DNA of 46,597 nucleotides from Pseudomonadota bacterium (GCA_043718025.1 JAYSWN010000211.1:1-46597); one strand, 5' to 3'. Positions 10,201 through 19,908 are shown, numbered from the stretch's first letter. Numbers and translations are program-made. The notes: generated from the sequence alone by a model not told the origin.

Positions 10201-11063
10201 AGCTCTATCCTCTTTTTCTCAGTTTAGCGCTGGCCAGTTGCGCTTCTAAATACCAAGCCCCGGTAACTGAGGGGCCATTGCCTCCGGTGACTCGACACGT
10301 GGCTTGGCTGGAAGGCGACGCCGAAAATGATTTTGAGCCCAATCGTAAAGTTGCCGAAACCCGCGTCAGCACCTGGGAAGGAAAAATCCCCGAGGTTTCT
10401 GACGGAGAAAAATTTCTCGAGTACGCGGCAACCCTCGGGGCGGCGGGGCAGAGTGTTTTGGCCGAAAAGAAGTTGCACGAATATTTAGCTAAAAATCCCA
10501 AAGATAAGAAGGCCGTATTCGTACTAGCGGGCCAATATTTGCGTAACAACCGCAAAGAACTGGCAACCTATCTCTATCAACAGCTCGAAAAGGATGGCGA
10601 ATTTCCATGGAAGGCGTCGCTGCTCAACAATCTTGGCCTTTTGGCGCTGCGCGAAAAAAATCGCATCTCGGCCTTAGATTATTTGGATAGGGCCACCAAA
10701 GCCTCTCCTGCTTCTGCCGCTCCACTGGTAAACTTAGGTTCCATCTATCTACAGAGTCGCAGCTGGGCCGATGCTGAAAAACTTTTTGCTCGGGCGCGAG
10801 AGTTAGATGCTTCGTTCGAAGACGCGTCGCTCGGCTTGGGCCTGGCGCTAGAGGGACAAGGAAAGTTAGAAGAGGCGCATTCGGTTTACGCCGAGCACCT
10901 GAGTAACAATGCGGAAGCGTCTTCCGTCCTTTTTAATAACGCGGTGCTCTTGGGCAATCGTTTGAATCGCAAAGAAGAGGCCGCCCGGGCTATGCAACGC
11001 TATTTGCAACGGGGCGGAAAAGAAACAGCTAGGGCTCACGAATTTATCCAAAATTGGAGATAA
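10197..11063 (+). CDS. gltE: TPR lipoprotein, GltE/AglT-like
   Basis: Lipobox LASC; TPRs (LLNNLGLLAL, VNLGSIYL, LFNNAVL); ATGA overlap with the upstream gene. Confidence 0.7.
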   Translation: MKLYPLFLSLALASCASKYQAPVTEGPLPPVTRHVAWLEGDAENDFEPNRKVAETRVSTWEGKIPEVSDGEKFLEYAATLGAAGQSVLAEKKLHEYLAKNPKDKKAVFVLAGQYLRNNRKELATYLYQQLEKDGEFPWKASLLNNLGLLALREKNRISALDYLDRATKASPASAAPLVNLGSIYLQSRSWADAEKLFARARELDASFEDASLGLGLALEGQGKLEEAHSVYAEHLSNNAEASSVLFNNAVLLGNRLNRKEEAARAMQRYLQRGGKETARAHEFIQNWR

Positions 11064-11074
11064 TAAGAGGTCAC

Positions 11075-11371
11075 ATGCCCACATTTTTGATTCGCATAGG
11101 TTCGACGATTCTAGTGCTCGTAGGGCTATTAATGCCGTTTTCCGTTTTTGGTGCCGAATCCGATTACGTTACCGAGAAAAAGGGTAACACTACGATTAAA
11201 TATAAAAAGAAAACGACTTACGATTTTGAGGGGGCCAATATTGATGGTCTCTACAATAAACCTTCGGGCTCTTACATCTCTAATATTAAAGACGTGAAGG
11301 GCCGCAGCATTATTCGGATTCGAGAAAATTTTGACGTCGAAGTTTCTGATTCTGTTCGCCAAATGAAATAA
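11075..11371 (+). CDS. gltF: GltF/CglF-like small periplasmic protein
   Basis: Signal peptide then 'YKKKTTYDFEGANIDG..KPSG...IIRIRENF', the GltF/CglF pattern. ATG 11075 with GAGG SD. Confidence 0.75.
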   Translation: MPTFLIRIGSTILVLVGLLMPFSVFGAESDYVTEKKGNTTIKYKKKTTYDFEGANIDGLYNKPSGSYISNIKDVKGRSIIRIRENFDVEVSDSVRQMK

Positions 11372-11401
11372 GTTTTTTTGCCGCGTGTATAAGGAAAAAA
11401 T

Positions 11402-13639
11402 ATGGAAGCAAAAGCCACCATTCAGATCCCCATTCGCCTCGACGTCCTGGATTCCTCAGGCGACACGATGCAAACCATGGAGTTCGTAAAAGAGAAGGTC
11501 GTTCTCGGACGCATTCTCTCGGCCGACCTACGAATCGATGACCCGCGCGTCTCGCGCATTCATGCGTTACTAGAGACAAAGGGTGACCGGCTCGTACTTA
11601 CCGACTTAGCGAGCTCGCACGGAACCTTCGTAAACGGTGAAAAAATTGTTGAACGGGCGGTAAAAGCTGGCGACATCATCCGTTTAGGGCACGTCGAAGT
11701 TCGAGTTGAAAAGGGGTCCGGTAAAGTTACCGCCGCCCAGCCTAGGTTCGAGGGTAGTACCATTACCGACGGCGACGAGACGATGATCGATCTCGATCGT
11801 AGCCTCATCAACCAGATGGATCGCCGCGGCGAGCCGGCCAAAGGAGATCGTCGGCAAAAAGATGCTTTTCCCGATGAACAGCGATTAGACGATCGTCGCG
11901 ACGGTGACCGTCGTATTGATCAGCGTGAAGGGGATCGCCGTACCAAGTCAGGTGCGGCAGGGGCCGGCTCTGCAGGTGGTGCGGGTGCCGAAACCGTAGG
12001 GGAATCGGAGCGCCGTGCTACTAAAGAACGCCGTACGCCGCGCGAAGACGAACGGCGCTTAGGCGATCGTCGCCGCGACGAACGGCGGATTTTCGACATC
12101 ACCTCTTTAGAGCGCCGAATTGAAGATCGCCGTACGCGCAAAGGCGACGACGACATGCTGCCCGAGGAGATGGAAAAGGCATTCGAGCAGCCCGAACACT
12201 CGCGAGAGCTCGAAGTTACCGTGCTCTGGGGCGACCATATTTTAGATGTTTCGAACTATCACGAAGCCGCCGTGCTGACCGTGGGCGAAAGCCCGCGCTG
12301 TGATTACATTATTCCCAGCGAAGGCATACCCGACGAGTTTCCCATCGTGTCGATTGAAGAAGATGGCAATGCGCACTTAGCGTTTACGGCCGACATGAAG
12401 GGCACCATTCGTGCACGCGACAAAATTTACACCGTAGCGCAGCTTAAAGACGAAAAGTTTGTTCGTAAGGACGCTGAGTACTTCGTGCTTCCATTGAAGC
12501 AAGATGACTTTGCGAAGCTAAGCATCGGTAACATTAATTTCTTCGTGCTGTACGTTAAGCCGGCTCCGCGAATTAAAGCGGCCCCGCTGTTAGATCGCGA
12601 CCCGCTACTCATCCGCACCATGGTTGGTTCGGCCCTACTGCTCGCCCTATTGTTCTTGATGGTTGGGCTTAACCCCAAACCACTTCCCGTGACGATTGAA
12701 ATGATTCCCGAACGTTTTGCGAAGATCGTAATTAAAAAGCGACCAGATATTTCCAAAATGGGAATCGTAGCCAAGGGCATGGATGATAAACAGGGCGGCT
12801 CAGTCGCCGGTGAAGGCGGTCCCGCAAAAGGTGAAGAGGGCGATGCCGGCCGAAAGGATTTGCCGAAGCAGGCAGAAAAGCCGCAAACCTTGATGCCGAA
12901 ATCGAAACCTAAAGAAGCTTCTGACTCGCCAAAGACCGCGCAGAAAATGCCGACCCAAAAATTGGTGCGGCCCGACAAGGCAAAAAGTGTTGGCTTGTTG
13001 AAAGCGTTTAGCCAATCGGGCGCCGGGAAAGACATTAAGAACTTACTCGATGCGGGCGATGGGCCAGAGGGCCGCGGCGGATTCGATGACTTTGGAAAAG
13101 CCGTTAAAGGTCACCGTGGTAAAAGCATTGAAGAGGTTGGCGGCGCCGGAGGCCTTGGGCTTAAGGGCGTTGGCGAAGGTGGCGGCGGAAAAACCATTGG
13201 TATCGACGGACCGTCGACCAAAGGGCTAGGCCGCGGCTACGTTGGCGATGGCATCGGCGAGGGCATCGGTGGTCCGGGCCGGTTGGGTCTAAAAGGCGAA
13301 CACGCGATAAGCATCATTTCGGAAAACGTTCAGGTGCTTTCGGGTCTGCCTAAAGACGTGATCAACGCCGTGGTGCAACGGCACCGTGGTGAGATTCGCG
13401 CCTGTTACGACGCCGCCCTTCAGCGCAATCCTGGTCTTCGCGGTAAAATCGTGGTGGCCTTTACCATTCAACCGAATGGTATCGTTTCCTACGCGGGCAC
13501 TAAAGAGAGCAGTCTAGGCGACAGCGCCTTAGAAAATTGCGTAGTGTCACGGGTGCGCACTTGGGTATTCCCCAAACCTGAAGCCCCGGTTGTAACTGAA
13601 GTCAGCGCGTATCCTTTTTATCTCAATCCAGCTAACTAG
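11402..13639 (+). CDS. gltG: GltG/PglI-like protein: FHA domain, [DE]RR-repeat linker, TM helix, Gly-rich periplasmic region, TonB-C-like AgmX/PglI domain
   Basis: FHA (LGR...VSRIHA...DLASSHGTFVNG); single TM (MVGSALLLALLFLMVGL); C-terminal 'IRACYDAALQRNPGLRGKIVVAFTIQPNG...ENCVVSRVRTWVFPKP...YPF'. Confidence 0.85.
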   Translation: MEAKATIQIPIRLDVLDSSGDTMQTMEFVKEKVVLGRILSADLRIDDPRVSRIHALLETKGDRLVLTDLASSHGTFVNGEKIVERAVKAGDIIRLGHVEVRVEKGSGKVTAAQPRFEGSTITDGDETMIDLDRSLINQMDRRGEPAKGDRRQKDAFPDEQRLDDRRDGDRRIDQREGDRRTKSGAAGAGSAGGAGAETVGESERRATKERRTPREDERRLGDRRRDERRIFDITSLERRIEDRRTRKGDDDMLPEEMEKAFEQPEHSRELEVTVLWGDHILDVSNYHEAAVLTVGESPRCDYIIPSEGIPDEFPIVSIEEDGNAHLAFTADMKGTIRARDKIYTVAQLKDEKFVRKDAEYFVLPLKQDDFAKLSIGNINFFVLYVKPAPRIKAAPLLDRDPLLIRTMVGSALLLALLFLMVGLNPKPLPVTIEMIPERFAKIVIKKRPDISKMGIVAKGMDDKQGGSVAGEGGPAKGEEGDAGRKDLPKQAEKPQTLMPKSKPKEASDSPKTAQKMPTQKLVRPDKAKSVGLLKAFSQSGAGKDIKNLLDAGDGPEGRGGFDDFGKAVKGHRGKSIEEVGGAGGLGLKGVGEGGGGKTIGIDGPSTKGLGRGYVGDGIGEGIGGPGRLGLKGEHAISIISENVQVLSGLPKDVINAVVQRHRGEIRACYDAALQRNPGLRGKIVVAFTIQPNGIVSYAGTKESSLGDSALENCVVSRVRTWVFPKPEAPVVTEVSAYPFYLNPAN
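11819..12133 (+). repeat. Protein-level array of 12 [DE]RR motifs within GltG (aa ~140-244)
   Basis: DRRGEPAKGDRRQ...DDRRDGDRRIDQREGDRRT...ERRATKERRTPREDERRLGDRRRDERRIFDITSLERRIEDRR, counted in the translation. Confidence 0.9.
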
Positions 13640-13674
13640 GCCGCACTTGCGGTCTCGGCGGGAACCACAGCGTT

Positions 13675-14538
13675 ATGTACATAAAATTATCTGCAGCCGG
13701 TGTCGCGTTGGTTATTGCCGTGGGTCTGTTTATGGCCCCGTTGGCGTGGGGTGAAGAGATCACCGATATGTGGCGTTTTTCCAGCGAAACAAAAGAGGGC
13801 GAACGGGTTCTTTCGCATAGCCTAACCTTGTTTCGGAAAAACGGCGTGTTCGAGGGCGCCACCGGTAAGCGATGCAGCATTGCCGAAGGGCGCGAAGTAG
13901 AAGTGCCGTTGCAAAGAGTGGAGTTTGACCCCACCACCCGTAAAGTGAGCTTTTTCGGCTATTGGACCAGCGCCGAAAATGAAGACGGAAGCGCTAAGAC
14001 CTTCGACATTAAATTTGAAGGTTCAATCGGCGATAAGAATATCGAGGGAAAGCTGACCTACATCAACTCTGACGATTGCTTGCGCCCCACCGATGGCAGT
14101 GTGACGCTGGCACGCATCGACACCGGAGTTAAGAGTGATCTGGTAAAAGAGGTGATCTCCCCTACGGCCAGTGTGAAGGGGCGCTACGACATCCGGTTAA
14201 CCGGACGCCCCTCTCTCAACGACCTCAATGGTAAAAAAACCTGGGTCGGCGGACGTGGCTTTGCTTTCATCGGCGGTAGTAAAAGCAACTTCAAAGACAT
14301 TAACAACCCTTCGCAGATCGAAATCGAAGTTACCGCGAAGGGGTTTGATGCATTCAAACCGTGCCACCCCGTGGTTAGGGCAGGCGCGTCTGACCCCAAC
14401 AACGTGATTCAGATCATTGGGGATGGAAAAATGGAGATTAAGGCCACCAAGAATCTTAAGAATCCGGTTGGCCTTTTTAATCTCAAAACGGTGAGCCGTT
14501 GCCGAGAGCTTCCCGGCAACAAGCCCGCATTCCGTTAA
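13675..14538 (+). CDS. Secreted hypothetical beta-rich protein (4 Cys)
   Basis: Signal peptide (…APLAWG); 287-aa ORF; no recognised family; stop overlaps the OPT stop (TTAA). Confidence 0.7.
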   Translation: MYIKLSAAGVALVIAVGLFMAPLAWGEEITDMWRFSSETKEGERVLSHSLTLFRKNGVFEGATGKRCSIAEGREVEVPLQRVEFDPTTRKVSFFGYWTSAENEDGSAKTFDIKFEGSIGDKNIEGKLTYINSDDCLRPTDGSVTLARIDTGVKSDLVKEVISPTASVKGRYDIRLTGRPSLNDLNGKKTWVGGRGFAFIGGSKSNFKDINNPSQIEIEVTAKGFDAFKPCHPVVRAGASDPNNVIQIIGDGKMEIKATKNLKNPVGLFNLKTVSRCRELPGNKPAFR

Positions 14539-16733
14539 GCGCGTTTCTTAGCGTCGGTTGATTTCACAGTCGACGTACCCACCTTAAATAGCACGATCAT
14601 CATCGCACCAAAGAGCACGGTGGGAAGCAGCATGTTTTCTAATAGGGCCGGATACTGGGCGCCGAAGTCGAGACTTTTAGCCCAGTCGCTCTTGAGTGAG
14701 AGCATCGCCAAAGCAATGCCGGCAATCGAACCGCCGGCAATCAATCCCGAAGAGAATAAAATGCCTGGCCCCGACTCTTCTTCATCGGCGCTTACTTTTT
14801 TGCCTTTGCGGCTGGTGTAAAGGCCTACCGCCCAACGGACCACTCCGCCTAAAAAGATTGGCATCGATGCCGACATTGGCAGGTACACGCCCACCGCAAA
14901 GGGTAATGCCGAAATTTTGCAAAGCTCAAGCACCAGCGAAATCGCCACGCCTAACAAAACCAAGCCCCAAGGCAATTGCCGGGACAAGATGCCATCGATT
15001 ATCAGGGACATGAGGCGGGCCTTTGGCGCTTCGTATTTCTGTACGGTGGTGCCGTCGTCGCGTTTTTGTAACGCCCCGTTAATGCCCGGGTCTACCAAGT
15101 AACGAACCGTGCCGCCTTCATCCACCAGATATTTTCCAGCCGTAAGTTTAGCCAACGGACCCGATTTCGGGGCGTCAGGTAAGCGAAGCACACGATAGGT
15201 TGCCGTATCAGACTTATAAGCCGGATCGTTTACGGTTTCGGTTTCGCTAAGTTCGCTAACATTGGTAACAACGATTCCCGGAGCCACAGCTTTGGCCGAG
15301 TAGATGGTGGAAGCGTTATTGAGCACGTTCAACGTGTAACCAATCACCAGGGCCGAAGTGAGTACGCCGACGAGTAAGGCAATCTGCTGTAATCGCGGAG
15401 TCGCGCCTACCAAAAATCCGGTTTTCAAATCTTGAGCCGTGGTTCCGCCGTTAGAGGCCGCTACGCACACGATTGCCGCCACGCTAAGCGCGGTCACTTT
15501 ATACATGGGGGAGACCCAGCCTAAAGCTAAGAAGACCAAGCTTGTAATTAATAGAGTGGCCACGGTCATTCCCGAAATGGGGTTAGACGAAGAGCCAATT
15601 TCGCCGGTTAAACGTGAACTCACCGTGACGAACAAAAAGCCGAACGCCACGATTAGGATCGATCCCAGCAAGTTCATGTGCAGTGAAGGGGCAATCCAGA
15701 TCGCTAAGATCATGAGAATGCTACCCACGAAAACCACGCTGAGCGGAAGGTCTTCTTCGGTACGCAGCATCTGTTTGACTTTGCCGCCTGCAGATTTCAG
15801 CCCACCCAAACCGGTTTTGGCGCCGTGGATGATGGTGGGAAGGCTTTGAAACAGACTGATGATACCGCCTGCCGCAACTGCGCCGGCTCCGATGTACAAA
15901 ACGTAGCTTCTCCAAATTTCGTGAAGGCTCATCGCTGAAATCAACTTAGTTCCCGGAAACAGCGGTGCCGTTAGTCCGTCGCCGAAAAGCTTAATCATCG
16001 GAATCAACACCCAGCTCGACAGAATGCCACCGGCCACCATGATCGAAGCAATGCGGGGTCCAATGATGTAACCCACGCCCAACAATTCGGGGGAGACCTC
16101 AGCCGCGACCGACGCGCCTTTAAAAAAGGTAAAAGACTTTTCAGCGACGTCGCTCCACAGGCGCGTGCCCATATTGAAAAACTTATAGAACAGGCCCAAA
16201 AAGAAGCCCGAGAAGACCGTTTTGGCTGAGGTGCCGCCTTTTTCGCCGGCAATCAGCACTTCGGCGCAAGCGGTTCCTTCAGGAAAAGCCAGTTCACCGT
16301 GCCCTTTAACCACCAGCGCGTAGCGTAGCGGAATCATCATCAGTACCCCGAGTAGGCCGCCCAGTACGGCAACCAACATGATGCGGGTAACATTCATTTC
16401 GTAACCCAAGATGAGTAGAGCCGGCATGGTTACGGCAACTCCGAAGGCAATTGATTCGCCGGCGGAGCCGGTGGTTTGCACGATATTGTTTTCGAGGATG
16501 GTGGCTTGGCGCAAACCAAAGACTTTCGCTAGGCCTCGGAAAAGCGTGATCGAGAGAACGGCTACGGGAATGGAAGCGCTTACCGTCATTCCCACCTTCA
16601 GCGCTAAGTACAGCGACGAGGCTCCAAAAACAATTCCCAGAACCACACCCATGACCAGCGGGCCGGGAGTGAGTTCGGGAATAATGGTGGAAGGCGATAT
16701 AAACGGTTTGTGTTCTTTTGGTTCTACTGCCAC
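14535..16733 (-). CDS. OPT family oligopeptide transporter
   Basis: ELT, YLALKVGMTVSASIP, ENNIVQTTGSAGES, FPEGTACAEVL, SNPISGM, QDLKTGFLVGATP, APKARLMS, LPFAVGVYLP motifs; many TM helices. Confidence 0.95.
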   Translation of the reverse strand: MAVEPKEHKPFISPSTIIPELTPGPLVMGVVLGIVFGASSLYLALKVGMTVSASIPVAVLSITLFRGLAKVFGLRQATILENNIVQTTGSAGESIAFGVAVTMPALLILGYEMNVTRIMLVAVLGGLLGVLMMIPLRYALVVKGHGELAFPEGTACAEVLIAGEKGGTSAKTVFSGFFLGLFYKFFNMGTRLWSDVAEKSFTFFKGASVAAEVSPELLGVGYIIGPRIASIMVAGGILSSWVLIPMIKLFGDGLTAPLFPGTKLISAMSLHEIWRSYVLYIGAGAVAAGGIISLFQSLPTIIHGAKTGLGGLKSAGGKVKQMLRTEEDLPLSVVFVGSILMILAIWIAPSLHMNLLGSILIVAFGFLFVTVSSRLTGEIGSSSNPISGMTVATLLITSLVFLALGWVSPMYKVTALSVAAIVCVAASNGGTTAQDLKTGFLVGATPRLQQIALLVGVLTSALVIGYTLNVLNNASTIYSAKAVAPGIVVTNVSELSETETVNDPAYKSDTATYRVLRLPDAPKSGPLAKLTAGKYLVDEGGTVRYLVDPGINGALQKRDDGTTVQKYEAPKARLMSLIIDGILSRQLPWGLVLLGVAISLVLELCKISALPFAVGVYLPMSASMPIFLGGVVRWAVGLYTSRKGKKVSADEEESGPGILFSSGLIAGGSIAGIALAMLSLKSDWAKSLDFGAQYPALLENMLLPTVLFGAMMIVLFKVGTSTVKSTDAKKRA

Positions 16734-16978
16734 GGGCTAACCTCGCTAAGTTTCAGATTGCGGTAACGATACAATAATTGACGCTGCGCACCAATAAAAA
16801 ACGCTATGTCAAACCGGCATTTAGCCATGATGACACCGGATTTGCGAGCAAAACGGCCGATCGAGAAGCCACAATTTAAAAGAAAGCAGTTTTTTGCCAG
16901 TCTTTTAAATGAGTTCGGACGTTGGTTAAGTGATTTGCAGTGAACTGACCCTGGCCTCGGCGGGGCGATCAGAAGGGG

Positions 16979-19531
16979 TTAGAAACCGAAGCTGGCCGCG
17001 GCCATGGGGTTGGTTTTGCCGAACCAGTTTCCGAAACTCGATTTTGGCTTAGGGCCAATGGGCGTATCCTGAGTTTTAAGCGGGATGCTAGGGGGTTTCG
17101 AAATTCCCCGTCCGGTGAGTGCTTCGTGCAATTGCAAACCGATCTCTCTTAATGGCGGTGGACGGTAAGCGCTGGCCCCCCCCTTTTTATCGCTGGAACC
17201 GCTATCTAAATCGCGTACACCATTAAACGCCCGGCTAACGACTTTGGAAATTTCATCTTCAGGCTGAGGGGCTGAGGTTCGAGCTAATCCGCTCGTTTTG
17301 GTTAGATTATTCCAAGGATTGTTTTTTACGGCCTCACTGGGCTCGGTCAAAATTGTTGCGAACGTTGCTTCGCGGGGACTTTCATCGTCTGAGGCGGTCG
17401 TTCTGGCGTTATTGGGAACGGTACGCACTTCGCGCGAGGGCAAATAGGCGGTCTTGGTCGAAGGCATTGGTATCGAAATATCTCTTTCGGCAGCTTTGGC
17501 GGCAGCTTCGGCGGCGGCAATTTGGGCCGAGACGGATGTGTTGTCGGACGGGGCTGCCGGTCCGGGTTCTTGCTTGTTTATTAACATATCGCCAATGGTT
17601 TTAACCCTGGATCCCCGCCCGGGATTACTAGTAATCACCGGTATGTTTCCAGCGGCAACTCTTCCCGCCGTGGCAGCGTTAGAAGCGGTGACTCCGGACG
17701 CGTCGGTTGAGTTATTCGGGAGGCTATTCAAAGCGTTGTCTTTTACTGCGTCCCCGGTCTCGCCCCCGGCGAGCTGCGCCGGTGAGAATAGTTGGTTCAA
17801 AAGTGAAGGTCCGCCGGTGGAAGGGCTAAGGTTGGCACCCGCGGCGCTTTCTACCGATGCGTTGCCTGCGCTTTTGGCGGTTTTGTCCGAAGGGAAAAGG
17901 TTTGCGAAAAAACTGTTGGATAAGCCGGGATTGCCGCTAGTTGGTAGGGAGCCCGAAGGCGCGAGGGCAGCAGGCAAACCTACCGCTCCGCCACTCGCGT
18001 AAGTACCAACCGAATTATCTGAATTGCCGGCTGAAGTGCCGGTGCTATTTTGCGGCGCGCGTCTGTTGCCATCAGCCGAAAGACGGGTTCCGCTGGCTTG
18101 ATTGGGTGCTTTGCTGCTTTCGTCATTGGCAATGGCCGAAGGTACCGATGGTCCCGTAGCTCCGCCACTATGGCCAAAAGTGCCACCGCCGTTAGAACTA
18201 CTTCCTGAATTTCGATCTCCTTCGTTGCCCGCGCCCAAAGCGCCGCCTGATTGCTTTGGCATACTCAGAAAACCGCCAGTATTCCCCGCCGCACCGAATT
18301 TTTGGTCGGGGGTATTGGCGGCAGTTGAGCCGCTCGCGCCGTTACTTAGTGTAGTGCCGTTGTTCGAAGTGGAGGGAATCCCGTTTGAGTCAGGGGTGCT
18401 AGTGCCCGTACTGATTGCGATGCCATTTGGCGGCGCGGTGTTAGGCTGCGTTTCGGTGGTCGCTGAGCTTGAAGCTCCCGAGCTATTGTTTGATGAAGTG
18501 TGAGTAGGAGTTGATTCCGTGGTCGGCTGGACTGCCGGTTTGGGTTCGCTAGCGGTTGTGACCGTAGATTCTGATTTGGCTATTCCGTTTGTTGGGTTAG
18601 AAGCCGGCTTTGCTTCGCCGGGTGGGGTTTCGCCGCCGTTATTATGGGCCACTTCGGTCTTTGGCATCACTCCGCTGAGAAAAGAAGAAGCTTTGTCGAT
18701 GGTCGGTTGTAAAGCGTCGGTAACCACCTTCAATCCGGAATCAAGGGCCGCCCCAGTAACGCCCATTCTAAACGGGCTCAGTGTAGTTTCAAAGAATCCC
18801 GGAGTTTTGGCCGCAGGCTTAGCGGCTCCATCACCCTCCTCAGTTTTGCCCACAATGGGTGGCATGGTCGAAAGTCTTTCAATCGAAGAGGGCTTGCCAT
18901 TGTCCTGCGCTAGATCCTTCGCCCCTTTGGTCGGATCACCGGAGGAGATGTTTTGCCAATCAATACTCATGATCGCCGTGAAGTGCCGATCATTAAACTC
19001 TTTTACCTTTTCTTTATTGGCTGAGGACTTAGGCATTAACGATAAGAGGTAGGACGAGGCCAAGGCATCATCTGGATTCATCTGGGAAACGATAAAGTCT
19101 TGCTCTCCCTCCCCTGCTTTTGATAGGGCGCGAGCGCTTTTGTCCATGGCGCGAGCGCTTTTCAAAAGGCTCGCGATGTAGGCGTCTTTATCTTCTTCTT
19201 TGCCCTTAAATTCTTTTCGCGCCTGCTCGATGGCCTTTTCAAGTGCCCCTTTAATTTCTTCATCTCCATCGGCGATGGCGTCGAGATCTTTTTTTGCTTC
19301 TTCCGCCGCCGTGGGAGGCAATTTTTTAGGGTCCTTTTCTTTGTCTTTGTCTTTGTCCGTCTCGTCGGGGGCTTGGGTGGGGTTAGCGGCCGGTTCGGAA
19401 AATCCCGAATAAGTGCTGTGTGACGCGATCGAAAAGGCCGGGGTAACAAAAATGGCGTGCACTATGGTCACGATAAAAATCACCGTGTGAAATCCAGGCG
19501 CTACAATTTTACGAGTAAACGGCAATTCCAT
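16979..19531 (-). CDS. Secreted or membrane-anchored low-complexity (S/T/G/N/A-rich) hypothetical protein
   Basis: 850-aa ORF; N-terminal hydrophobic segment; charged helical region followed by a long disordered Ser/Gly/Thr-rich region; sigma54 box upstream. Confidence 0.75.
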   Translation of the reverse strand: MELPFTRKIVAPGFHTVIFIVTIVHAIFVTPAFSIASHSTYSGFSEPAANPTQAPDETDKDKDKEKDPKKLPPTAAEEAKKDLDAIADGDEEIKGALEKAIEQARKEFKGKEEDKDAYIASLLKSARAMDKSARALSKAGEGEQDFIVSQMNPDDALASSYLLSLMPKSSANKEKVKEFNDRHFTAIMSIDWQNISSGDPTKGAKDLAQDNGKPSSIERLSTMPPIVGKTEEGDGAAKPAAKTPGFFETTLSPFRMGVTGAALDSGLKVVTDALQPTIDKASSFLSGVMPKTEVAHNNGGETPPGEAKPASNPTNGIAKSESTVTTASEPKPAVQPTTESTPTHTSSNNSSGASSSATTETQPNTAPPNGIAISTGTSTPDSNGIPSTSNNGTTLSNGASGSTAANTPDQKFGAAGNTGGFLSMPKQSGGALGAGNEGDRNSGSSSNGGGTFGHSGGATGPSVPSAIANDESSKAPNQASGTRLSADGNRRAPQNSTGTSAGNSDNSVGTYASGGAVGLPAALAPSGSLPTSGNPGLSNSFFANLFPSDKTAKSAGNASVESAAGANLSPSTGGPSLLNQLFSPAQLAGGETGDAVKDNALNSLPNNSTDASGVTASNAATAGRVAAGNIPVITSNPGRGSRVKTIGDMLINKQEPGPAAPSDNTSVSAQIAAAEAAAKAAERDISIPMPSTKTAYLPSREVRTVPNNARTTASDDESPREATFATILTEPSEAVKNNPWNNLTKTSGLARTSAPQPEDEISKVVSRAFNGVRDLDSGSSDKKGGASAYRPPPLREIGLQLHEALTGRGISKPPSIPLKTQDTPIGPKPKSSFGNWFGKTNPMAAASFGF

Positions 19532-19550
19532 CCCCTTTGCTTAAGAGTAG

Positions 19551-19566
19551 TGCAATGACGGGGCCC
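19551..19566 (-). promoter_or_regulatory. Putative sigma54 -24/-12 promoter for 16979..19531
   Basis: Minus strand GGGCCCCGTCATTGCA = GG-N10-GC with TTGCA, ~20 nt before the ATG. Confidence 0.65.
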
Positions 19567-19852
19567 CCTATCTTTGCGGCGCTGCCACCTAGAGGAATAC
19601 ATGGAGTTTTGAGGGGTTGATTTTGGTAATCAACCGGCGGTTCCATTAAATCAAATCTTCGCCGAGATTTTAGCCGAGCGGTTTCTGACGGCTGTCGCAC
19701 CGGCAAACGCCCACTAGCAGTATGGGTATGCTACCAGTCACCAGCCAAAAACGGCCTGGGCCGAACGGCTAAAAGCGCCTAACTTTTGGGCAGTGTACGC
19801 ATTAAGTATTCGGTTTTGTGCGTATTCTGGTGGTGGCCCGAGCGTATTCTTT

Positions 19853-19868
19853 AGGCCTTCGGTTTGCA
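19853..19868 (+). promoter_or_regulatory. Putative sigma54 -24/-12 promoter for 19909..20280
   Basis: AGGCCTTCGGTTTGCA = GG-N10-GC with TTGCA, 40 nt before the ATG. Confidence 0.6.
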
Positions 19869-19908
19869 TTCTTAATGTGGTCACAAGGGCGAATATGGGG
19901 AGTTACTT

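Noticed and set aside
17353..19412. Several 70-180 aa plus-strand ORFs antisense to the 850-aa gene
   Set aside because: Shadow ORFs of a low-complexity coding strand, with no SD or motifs.
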